Positions 18,402 to 26,844 of a stretch of DNA of 64,000 nt are shown here, piece after piece; positions within the stretch are counted from its first letter, which is position 1, and every line of letters begins with the position of its first letter. The notes under the pieces were generated by a model. That model did no database searches and was not told the DNA's origin. It saw only the letters and a program-made list of their open reading frames with translations. Source of the DNA: Actinomycetota bacterium (GTDB lineage: Bacteria > Actinomycetota > Acidimicrobiia > Spongiisociales > UBA4744); NCBI GenBank assembly GCA_013152275.1, contig JAADGS010000026.1, forward strand, positions 1 through 64,000. The letters run 5' to 3'. Made by a program: the position numbers and the translations under genes.

Positions 18402-19553
18402 GTGGCCGCTGATCGCTTCGACGCTCGCCATTGGAAGCAGCGACTGCCGGTGCCTTCGGTCCGCGCAATCGTGTCGACGGGTGGGTTCGTGTTACTCGCC
18501 CTGGTGCTTTTCGCTACGACGGCGTGGGCGCTCGATGGCCCGACGCCACCACAGCCGAGTGATCCTGTCGGTACACACGTGGCACCACACGGTGGCTACT
18601 CGGCAAGCAGCAACATGTGTCTCCAATGTCACGACGTGCACGATGCGAGCGGGGATTATGCGTTGCTGTGGAAGAACAGCGTTACCTTCATGTGCGCGAC
18701 GTGTCACGGTCTGCATGGGCTCCGCGGAACGCTCGGGCTCCCGAGCGACTGCACCGAGTGCCATGACATGCACAGCGGGGGAAGCTTCTTTCCAACGCCT
18801 CGAGACCCGATCGGACCGGGAACCCTCGGCACGGTTTCGAGTCGGAGCGCCTACAACACATCCACACCGGCATCGACACACGGCATCGGGGCCTTGGCAC
18901 CTCCCGGTGAGACCGGCATCGTGATGACCCGGTCCGACTGGCAGTACTCGTGGGGTGCGAGTGGCCCGCCGCCGGCGGACGCGACGAACCCGTCGGGCTC
19001 CGGGACGGCATCCGACATCGGTGGCGGGCTCTACTGTGGAAGCTGTCACACTCCGCACGGGGACTTCGGACAGGTCGTGAACAAGTGGACGGCAGCCGAC
19101 GAGGGAAGGTCGATATGGTGGACCAACCCGACGACAGGCGACCAGGAACAGAAACTCTTGCACTATGACACCGGAACCGGCGCGTGGCAGGTGTGCGATA
19201 CCGGCGTCACGAATTGTCAGTTCGCCCAAGTGCGAGATGCCGAGGACCAATTGGTGTACCTGTACGCGTACAAGCTGCTGTCGGCATATCCCAATCATGC
19301 GTACTCGACGCTTCAGAGCTACGGTACCGAACAGAATGACGACGACGGGGCTCGGTGGTGCGGCACCTGTCACAGCTCCCGAGTCGACGGCGCCGGCTAC
19401 CACAATCATCCGACAGGGTGCAGTGCGTGTCACGGCAATCCGACAGGTGGAGCATCAACGGACTTCCCGCACACATCGTCCACGGAGTCGCTCCTCATCG
19501 CCTACCCGGACGCGCTCTGTGTCACCTGTCACACGTCGGGCAGCCTGCCATAG
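18402..19553 (+). CDS. Secreted heptaheme cytochrome c, OmcS-like motif order
   Basis: Signal peptide ending AWA. PHGGY..CLQCHDVH, CATCH, CTECH, LYCGSCHTPHG, AYKLL, WCGTCH..HNHP, CSACH and terminal LCVTCH. No membrane anchor. Start uncertain. Confidence 0.9.
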   Translation: MAADRFDARHWKQRLPVPSVRAIVSTGGFVLLALVLFATTAWALDGPTPPQPSDPVGTHVAPHGGYSASSNMCLQCHDVHDASGDYALLWKNSVTFMCATCHGLHGLRGTLGLPSDCTECHDMHSGGSFFPTPRDPIGPGTLGTVSSRSAYNTSTPASTHGIGALAPPGETGIVMTRSDWQYSWGASGPPPADATNPSGSGTASDIGGGLYCGSCHTPHGDFGQVVNKWTAADEGRSIWWTNPTTGDQEQKLLHYDTGTGAWQVCDTGVTNCQFAQVRDAEDQLVYLYAYKLLSAYPNHAYSTLQSYGTEQNDDDGARWCGTCHSSRVDGAGYHNHPTGCSACHGNPTGGASTDFPHTSSTESLLIAYPDALCVTCHTSGSLP

Positions 19554-19693
19554 AGGTGTGTGGTGCAACGAGGCACGCGCCCCGCAGTTTGGACCTTCGG
19601 CGAGACGACGCCGGTTGAACGGTAATCGTCGTCAGGGTCCGTCGGTTTTGCTCAGCTACCATGTAACTCTCCGGCCGAACGGCCAATCGGTTC

Positions 19694-19707
19694 GGGTCCT
19701 TTGGCCC
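19694..19707. promoter_or_regulatory. DevR/DosR-like box upstream of the decaheme cytochrome
   Basis: GGGTC-CTTT-GGCCC. Confidence 0.5.
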
Positions 19708-19969
19708 CATGGAGGGGGGCTGAGCGCAGATACTGTGGACTGTGACCCGACGGGGACGAGAAGAACTCCTGATCGAGACAGGGAGGCGGCGAAGTTGATG
19801 ACACGAGAAGTTGGGCATGCTCTCCGCTGCGTCCTCGAGGTCGAGCGACCTCGATCGCTGTCTACCGCCTCGGCCGGCTCGATGCGGGATCCCGGTCGCT
19901 TCCACGCCAACACCGAATCGAGGGGGAGGCGAGATGTGATCGACCTTCCTCGCGGCGGCTGAGAGTTCC

Positions 19970-20803
19970 ATGGCGCGCCATCGAAACCTGCGTAGGGTCC
20001 TGTCCGTTGTCGTGGTGATCGGAGCGATCGCCGTCGCCGGTGTACTCGTCGTCTCGCGGTCCCGCAACGGGAATACGCCGGTGACTTCGACGACCGTCGT
20101 CGACAACAGTGCATTTGCAGGGTGCACCGAGTGCCACGCCGACTTCGACGCCGCTCTCCTTTCCGGTCAGGTGCCGACGCTGACCTTCACGCACGCGCAG
20201 CACAAGGCGGCTGCCGGCGCCGTGGAGTGCGGTTCCTGTCATCCTTCCGAGACCCACGTTGGTCGCATAACCTTCAAACCGACGATGGAGGCCTGTTTCA
20301 GCTGTCATGGTGCGGCTGCCGCCTTCCCGATTCCCTGCGCCGCGTGTCATCCTCTCTCCGTGGTGCCCAAGCCTCCGAGCCACAAGGCGACAGATTGGGG
20401 CACGACGCACGGCATCGGTGTATTGGATGTCGAGTCCTCCTGTACCACCTGTCACTCACAAACGACGTTCTGTGATGCTTGTCACGGGGTCGAGATGCCT
20501 CACCCGAAAGGCTGGGACGGAAAACCACACGCCCTGGCGTTCTTCGACGCGGGTTCCGACGTGTGCGCGAAATGCCATTCGTTCGGAATCGACGTGAAGA
20601 GTCGCGACAAGTGTGACACGTGTCACCACTCTGGAGGACCCCAGGATCAACCCTGGGTGAAGGCACACCAAGATGTGGTTGGAGCCGAGGGCGGCGGTTC
20701 GTGCTTTGCTTGCCATGAGCCGGCGACGTGCGTGCAGTGTCATCTTCACGGTATCGAGAACCTCGATGCCGATCGGGCACGCCTTCTCGAGACTGGCGGG
20801 TGA
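19970..20803 (+). CDS. Membrane-anchored decaheme cytochrome c
   Basis: N-terminal TM helix; 10 CxxCH in 277 aa; c7/c3-like FTHAQH; PSH..W..HG repeats. Confidence 0.92.
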   Translation: MARHRNLRRVLSVVVVIGAIAVAGVLVVSRSRNGNTPVTSTTVVDNSAFAGCTECHADFDAALLSGQVPTLTFTHAQHKAAAGAVECGSCHPSETHVGRITFKPTMEACFSCHGAAAAFPIPCAACHPLSVVPKPPSHKATDWGTTHGIGVLDVESSCTTCHSQTTFCDACHGVEMPHPKGWDGKPHALAFFDAGSDVCAKCHSFGIDVKSRDKCDTCHHSGGPQDQPWVKAHQDVVGAEGGGSCFACHEPATCVQCHLHGIENLDADRARLLETGG

Positions 20804-20827
20804 CATGGTCCGGAAGCACCGCGTCGG

Positions 20828-21284
20828 ATGGTTGCATTCCTGAGGCAGCAGGCGATCATTCTTACGAGTTTGCGGCCGCGCTCCAGACCGTCAAGCATCA
20901 GGCGTGTCTTCCATCACGCGATCGACCCCGAGACCGACCTCCCACAGGCCTCGGCTCCTGGAGATGTCTCCTGTCTCGGATGCTGCCCCGGGCCCGGAGC
21001 CGTTGGCGCACGATCTCGTCGGTCCTTCTCGTCACAGAGTTCGTTCAACGGGTCACTCGTTTTCCCGCGGCCGACAGAACTCTTGGAACGCGTCCATGTC
21101 GAGGTGCCATGCCCTCAGGCGTCCGCCGGGACCGGCCTGCCATCCATGGGCGGGAGGCATCGGGCCGAGAGGATTTGGTGTATGCATGAGCTGTCATACT
21201 GACGCCTGCCACGCGAGGCGCCACTCCAACCACGCATCCAACCCATCCGAGAAGAAACCGCTGCGTACCGGAGGTCAACGATGA
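20828..21284 (+). pseudogene. Degenerate multiheme cytochrome remnant
   Basis: One intact CMSCH (21183-21197) plus broken motifs (SRCH, ACH twice, CLGCC in another frame). The ORF ends in an ATGA overlap with the next gene. Confidence 0.45.
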
Positions 21285-21940
21285 CAAAGCGTCTAGTGGC
21301 GGTCGCTGCTTTGCTTCTCATTGTGGTGGCGGGTCTGGCGGCTGCCATCTGGTATCGAACCGGGGTGCGTGACCCCGTCATCGTCAAGGTCGACGGCGTA
21401 CCCATCCACGAGTCCCAGGCCGAGGCCAGGATCGCCGGGATTGCGGCGGTGCACAAGGACATCGCCTCGACTCTCGGACCCGATTGGCGCTCGTTGGTAC
21501 TCCAGTCACTCGTCGACGACGTTCTCATGCAGCAGGAAGCACGTCGAGCCGGCATCGAGGTGATCGATCAGGACGTCGACGCGTCACTCGACTCCCTGCG
21601 CAGCAAGTTTCCTTCCGAAGCCGACTGGAGGCGTTTCCTGGAGGAACAAGGCATCGATCAAACCGAACTCGAGAGGAGGATCCGACTCCAGCTCGTCGGT
21701 TCCAGGGTCTATGAGGAAGTGACGGCTGCGGTTGCTCCCACCGAGGACGAATTGCGCGCCTACTACCGGGCTCACGAGTCCGATTTCACCGTGGATGGCA
21801 AGGTGCAGCCCTTTCTCGAGGTCCGCAACTCGATCGAGGACAAGGTGACGAAGCAGATGCGGGACGAGGCGTTCGGTACCTGGCTGCAGCAGCGCCGGAG
21901 CGAGGCGGACATCGTGGTTGTGAGCGATGAGTGGCGGTAG
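21281..21940 (+). CDS. SurA N-terminal / PrsA-type membrane-anchored foldase chaperone
   Basis: TM anchor, KVDGVPI, LQSLVDDVLMQQEA..GIEV, EDELRAYY and WLQQRRSEADI. No recognisable parvulin catalytic insert. Confidence 0.85.
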   Translation: MTKRLVAVAALLLIVVAGLAAAIWYRTGVRDPVIVKVDGVPIHESQAEARIAGIAAVHKDIASTLGPDWRSLVLQSLVDDVLMQQEARRAGIEVIDQDVDASLDSLRSKFPSEADWRRFLEEQGIDQTELERRIRLQLVGSRVYEEVTAAVAPTEDELRAYYRAHESDFTVDGKVQPFLEVRNSIEDKVTKQMRDEAFGTWLQQRRSEADIVVVSDEWR

Positions 21941-22144
21941 CAGTCCGAGCATCGGGCTTTCCAGAGGCCTCCTCGTCGGCACCCTCGAAAGGTTACGACT
22001 CGTCCGGAGCGGCGCGGAAGGAGTCGAACCGTTCTACGGAGTGGCAGCAGCCGGTGCGCTTGTTCTCTTCGAAGCCAACTTCGGTTTCGCTCGGACGCCG
22101 CACGGGCTCGGACCTTCGGTCGCGGCCCCGTGAAGGACCACGGC

Positions 22145-23293
22145 ATGGAATCGCCACAAGAACCGTCGCTCGAGCGGGAAAGGCGGCCTTTGGGGCAGGC
22201 CACGATTCACCGCCTGCTCTATGTCCTCATCGGTCTTCTCGGCGTAGCGGCGGTCATCCTGCTCGTCATGCTCATCTGGCTGCTACGTCCCCAGCCCACC
22301 TCGATGCCGGTTGCCGTGGCGGGATGTCCCATGGAGATCACCCGATCGATCTACGGATACGGAACGAAACCGGCCGAGTTGCTGGTTCAACCTCTCGCGG
22401 TCACCTTCGACGGGACAGGCAATGTGTGGATCTCCGATACGGGGAACGCCCGAGTGGTCGAGTTTGGTCCCAACGGGAAGCTGGTTCGCTCCGTGGGTGA
22501 TGACGGCGGTCAGGGACGTCTCCACAGTCCCTACGGCCTGGCGTTCGGCAGCGACTTCGAGCGTCTCTACGTGGCGGATTGGACGCGACGAGAAGTGGTG
22601 GTCTTCTCGGCCGACGGACACTACGTGAAGAGCCTGCCCGCAGGCGACCAGGACCTTGCCGTGTTCGGTCCCGACGGGTTCTCTCCCTACGATGTCGCCG
22701 TTCGCGGAGCCCAGATCGTGGTTGCCTCCAACGATGGCCTGTATTTCTTCGACAGGTCCGGGCACGTCGTCGATCGGTGGGGAGGTGACACGCGAGGATC
22801 GGACGTGGGTAGTTTCGCCTTCCCCGATGCCCTCGCCATCGACCCGACAACCGGCAACGTGTACGTTGCCGACACCCTCAACCGGCGCGTGGTTGCCCTC
22901 GACGGGGACGGCAACGTGCTCTGGGTCTCGGGAAAGCGTGACGAGGAGGGCAAGATCGTCGGCTTCTGGCAGCTTCCAAGATCGGTTGTGGTCGGCCCGG
23001 ATGGTCTCGTCTACGTCACCGACACGTTTCGAGCCCAGGATCACTGCGCCGGCACAGGACACATCGTGGTGTTGAAGCCGACGGGAGAGCTGGTCTCCGA
23101 GTTCGGTGCCGCCGGGCAATCGGAGGACACGCTCAGTTTCCCGGAGAAGATGGCGATCGGCCCGGAAGGTACGTTCGCCCTCGCCGACCGCGAGAACAAC
23201 CGGGTGGTGCTCTTCACCGTCGGTCCGCTGCCACCGGCCGATCCTGGTGAAGCGAGCCTCTACGAGAAGTCGTTCGTGCGTTTCGGACCGTGA
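22145..23293 (+). CDS. Membrane-anchored NHL-repeat beta-propeller protein
   Basis: Repeated P..LA.D..GNVYVADT.NRRV units; one N-terminal TM helix. Confidence 0.9.
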   Translation: MESPQEPSLERERRPLGQATIHRLLYVLIGLLGVAAVILLVMLIWLLRPQPTSMPVAVAGCPMEITRSIYGYGTKPAELLVQPLAVTFDGTGNVWISDTGNARVVEFGPNGKLVRSVGDDGGQGRLHSPYGLAFGSDFERLYVADWTRREVVVFSADGHYVKSLPAGDQDLAVFGPDGFSPYDVAVRGAQIVVASNDGLYFFDRSGHVVDRWGGDTRGSDVGSFAFPDALAIDPTTGNVYVADTLNRRVVALDGDGNVLWVSGKRDEEGKIVGFWQLPRSVVVGPDGLVYVTDTFRAQDHCAGTGHIVVLKPTGELVSEFGAAGQSEDTLSFPEKMAIGPEGTFALADRENNRVVLFTVGPLPPADPGEASLYEKSFVRFGP

Positions 23294-23378
23294 CCGACCA
23301 CCGGCGACGGTGACGAGGTCTCCGAACGTCGTACCTAAACTTGTCGGGCCGGGAGTACTTTCGAGGAGGCCGATCGCA

Positions 23379-24080
23379 ATGGCGCGATCCGTGGAACGCA
23401 TGATCGGGTACGGGAAGCTCCTGGCCGATCTCGCCGAGAGCGGATGTCCGGTCTGTCGAGGGTCGGTTGGTGCCGCGGCGAGGTACTTGGAGAGCCTGCT
23501 CTGGGAGAACGTGAACGATGCCGAGGTCCGGGAAGGACTCCGGCGCGACCACGGATTCTGTCGGGAACACTCTTTGGCCCTCCTGCAGGTGGCGGCGGCG
23601 CGAAGTGAGGCGCTCGGTGTGGCCATCCTCTACGAAGATTTGCTGGATCACATCGAGCAGGAGATCGTCACCGTGGGAGCGAGTTCGCGACGCAGACCTT
23701 CCCGCTCTTGGTTGAATATGAGATCCGGCCCGTCATGTCGGGCTTGTACGGTCGCCGACGATGTGGCCGTCAACTACCTCCGCATCATCGCGACTTCCGA
23801 ACCGGATACCGATCTGGATCGACATCTCGGAGGAGCTGCCCTGTGCTTTCCTCATTTTTCGAGAGGGCTGGAGATTCGGGGGCTCGATCATGAGCGGCTC
23901 GAGGCGGTGTATCTACGAGGGTCGGTTTCGATTCGAGCCGAGCTCCGGCGTCTCATCGATCACGCAGACTATCGACGGGCCGACGAACCCCTGGGGAACG
24001 AGAAGGACGCCTGGGCACGCGCCGTCCACCTCGTCGTCGGTTCTCCCGTGTACGGTGCCGTCGCGGAGTCGGGATCATGA
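23379..24080 (+). CDS. DUF6062-like Cys/His-rich protein
   Basis: GCPVC, ENVND..R..L....GFCREH, CRAC, LCFPHF and DYR...EP...EKDAW.RA. ATG after GAGGAGG. Confidence 0.75.
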   Translation: MARSVERMIGYGKLLADLAESGCPVCRGSVGAAARYLESLLWENVNDAEVREGLRRDHGFCREHSLALLQVAAARSEALGVAILYEDLLDHIEQEIVTVGASSRRRPSRSWLNMRSGPSCRACTVADDVAVNYLRIIATSEPDTDLDRHLGGAALCFPHFSRGLEIRGLDHERLEAVYLRGSVSIRAELRRLIDHADYRRADEPLGNEKDAWARAVHLVVGSPVYGAVAESGS

Positions 24081-25435
24081 GCAACTCGGAGTCGGGGCAA
24101 GGAGCAGCCCGGCCGACCGACGAATGTCCCGTCTGCAGCGAAGTGTCCCTGGCCCGCCAGAGACATTGGTTCTGGGTGTTCGCCGAGAAACTCGGGGATG
24201 GGGCGTTCCTGACCCGACTGGGAACGGGAGGCGGCTACTGCGTCAGGCACGCTCGTGAGCTGCTTCTTCACGAGCAGGGGGAACGCACGGCCCGGGGGTT
24301 CCAGTTCGTGTTGCGAGGATGGCGTGCCGGCCTCGGAGCTTCGATGCGTCTCGACTGCCCTGCATGCCGCATCGAGGCCGAGACGGAGGCGTATGTCCTG
24401 CGCCTGCTGAGTCGCGGATTGTGGAGCGGAGATCAGCAGACACGTCTGGACCCGGACGCCCTGTCATGTCTGCCACATGCCCGGATGCTCCTCGAGCAGG
24501 CGCAGGAAGGGATTCTGCCCGAGGCTCTGAAGCGGTTGGGTGCAACGGTCGATCGAGTGCGAGCAGGTGACGGTGGATCGCAGGCCGAGATCCACACCGC
24601 GATCGGTCACGGGTACGACGAGACGTTTCGGAGGCCTGAACGTTGCGATACCGATGCCACGGCCGTGCTCTCGTTCGACGCTGCCGATCGTGCACTTGCC
24701 CAGGGATGGTGCCCTCTCTGTCTGGCAGGCCGTGAGGCGTCGGAGAACGTCATCGGATGGCTCGGGCATCCGGATCGAACCGACCGGGACCAGGATGATT
24801 TTGCCCGGCTGTGCCCCGCCCACCTGTGGGATGCCGCGGCGAACGATCCGGAAGCTTCGGCCCGGACGATGCAGCGGATCCGTCGCACCTGGATCAGGAG
24901 CCTCGGGGGACTCGAGGCGCTTGTCGAAGGGGCCGCGCAATCCGATCGGAAGGGACGATCGGGCAACGGGTCGCGCAGCAGGTTTCGCGGATGGTTGGAA
25001 CGCGCGTTCCCGAAACGCAGTCGCGAAGTCCAGTTCCGCAGGATCCTCGTGGAGGAGGAGTGCGTGGCGTGCGTCGCAGCCGTGACCGCGGTCGACCGTG
25101 GCATCGCACTCCTCGATGCCTACCTTCTCGACACGGATCGAAGCGATTGGTACCTACGCTCGAGCGGCGTGTGCCTGCAGCATGCCTACGCCGCGATCCC
25201 ACACCTCGGTGAGCAGCCTGCGCTCATTGTGACCGACCGGGCAAAGACCCTCATCGCGCGCACGATGTGGGGCCTCGACGAGGCGATCCGCAAGGTGAGC
25301 TGGTCGGTGCGGTATGAGCCATCCGGGGAAGAGACCGAGACGTGGCGTGAAGCGGTCGTGCTCACCGTCGGACGAGGCGTGTTGTGCTCAGACTGGCTCG
25401 CGCCCGTTCTGCAGCGTCCCGAGCGAGCCGTATAG
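24077..25435 (+). CDS. Tandem DUF6062-like protein
   Basis: Four CxxC and four CxxH motifs, with the same C-terminal 'EP.G.E...W..AV....G' signature as the upstream gene. ATGA overlap. Confidence 0.65.
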   Translation: MSNSESGQGAARPTDECPVCSEVSLARQRHWFWVFAEKLGDGAFLTRLGTGGGYCVRHARELLLHEQGERTARGFQFVLRGWRAGLGASMRLDCPACRIEAETEAYVLRLLSRGLWSGDQQTRLDPDALSCLPHARMLLEQAQEGILPEALKRLGATVDRVRAGDGGSQAEIHTAIGHGYDETFRRPERCDTDATAVLSFDAADRALAQGWCPLCLAGREASENVIGWLGHPDRTDRDQDDFARLCPAHLWDAAANDPEASARTMQRIRRTWIRSLGGLEALVEGAAQSDRKGRSGNGSRSRFRGWLERAFPKRSREVQFRRILVEEECVACVAAVTAVDRGIALLDAYLLDTDRSDWYLRSSGVCLQHAYAAIPHLGEQPALIVTDRAKTLIARTMWGLDEAIRKVSWSVRYEPSGEETETWREAVVLTVGRGVLCSDWLAPVLQRPERAV

Positions 25436-25755
25436 GAGTCCGCCGGGTGACGGTGCCCCGGAGGCACGCGTCTCGTATTTCGTATTTCCTACTTTGTAGT
25501 TCGCATGGAAGTCGGTGTCGATGCAGGAGCGCGAGGAATCCGACTACGAGGAACCGACACACATTCGTGTCGGACTATCGGTCGAAACCTGCGTGGACCA
25601 CCTTCCGGACTCCCGGGAGGTGGTCCGGCCGCAACGACCGCTCTACCGTCTCGAAGGTCCGTCAGATCCACACGATAGAAAAGCGGCAGAGTGTCCGGGT
25701 CGACGTTCTCCACAATCGAGGGCTGATCTTTGAACGTGGCTCGGAATTCGGCGTA

Positions 25756-25944
25756 GACGGCGACACGATACAAGTAGCGGACCGGATTCGTCATCTCGCG
25801 GATACGATCCCAACGCGGCCACGCCCACGCCGACACATCCACTGCTGCTTCCCGGCCGGCAGTCGCACCGAAACGCGCGACGAGACCGTGTCGGAGCATC
25901 GGCTCGACTCGCTGCACGAATTCCGGAAAGGAGTTCTCTGTCAC
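25756..25944 (-). pseudogene. ECF sigma factor region-2 remnant
   Basis: FPEFVQRVEPMLRHGLVARFGATAGREAAVDVSAWAWPRWDRIREMTNPVRYLYRVA; no region 4 follows. Confidence 0.55.
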
Positions 25945-26136
25945 AACCTGCCTGCTCACACCCTTAAAAGGCACCCGGCAACCGGACTGCACCGCAAGAT
26001 CCCGCACCTTTGGAGAGAAACACAAGTCGCCTCACACGGTCGGTGATCGCGCGGTCATCCCGCCTGGAGCAGTGTTTGCGTTGTGCACAAGGCGGCTGTC
26101 GGCATCGAGGCCGGCGGGATGCCGCCTGCCAACACG

Positions 26137-26841
26137 CTAGGGCGGGGGAGCCGTCGCCGGCCGTGTGGTCTTCAGTGCCACGGTTCCCGCCCCGGCGATG
26201 AACCCGAGGGCGATGAGCCCCTCCAGCGACGTAACGCGGTCACTGGTGCATATCGACCCGGTTACGCCGTCGCCTCCGGAGGAGATCGAAGTCGACTCGC
26301 TTCCGGCGAACCATTCACTCCCCGTGGCGCCGTTCAAAGCAGTCCTCGTGTAGGTGACGTGGCCATCGGCCCCTTTGGTGGAGTCCCAGCAGGCCGGGTC
26401 CTGGTGGGCAAAGAAGGTGAGGCCGGCGAGGATTGCGAGTATCGGGATGGTGAGCGGCAGGAGGTCGCGCCGCCAGGAGCGTGCACTTTGTGGACTTGGC
26501 CAGCGCAATGCGGCCTGTATCCATACCAACACCGGGATCACCAGGACGAGGCCGACCGAGAAGACGGTGAGAATCGTTGGTACAAGGCCCGTGACGATCG
26601 CCGGCCAGAGTATGCGCGGATCACGCCGGCGCAGACCCAGAAGCGCGACGAACGCGGGAAGCGAGAGCAACGCCGCCCACGCCAGCGCTGCCGGGACGTT
26701 TTCCAACTGTCGCGGAGGCACGCCGTTGAGCCAGAACAGCAGACCGACGACGATCGCCAATCCGAGAAAGATCACCGCACCGATGATGATCAGCACGCCG
26801 GCCGTCTTCGGTGGCGTTGCGACAGGCGAGCTGTGATTCAT
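26137..26841 (-). CDS. Hypothetical membrane protein
   Basis: Five to six hydrophobic segments; starts 3 nt after the anti-sigma stop. Confidence 0.7.
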   Translation of the reverse strand: MNHSSPVATPPKTAGVLIIIGAVIFLGLAIVVGLLFWLNGVPPRQLENVPAALAWAALLSLPAFVALLGLRRRDPRILWPAIVTGLVPTILTVFSVGLVLVIPVLVWIQAALRWPSPQSARSWRRDLLPLTIPILAILAGLTFFAHQDPACWDSTKGADGHVTYTRTALNGATGSEWFAGSESTSISSGGDGVTGSICTSDRVTSLEGLIALGFIAGAGTVALKTTRPATAPPP

Positions 26842-26844
26842 GGT

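Noticed and set aside
23379..25435. Cytochrome call for the Cys-rich pair
   Set aside because: Motifs are CxxC and CxxH, never CxxCH, and there is no export signal.
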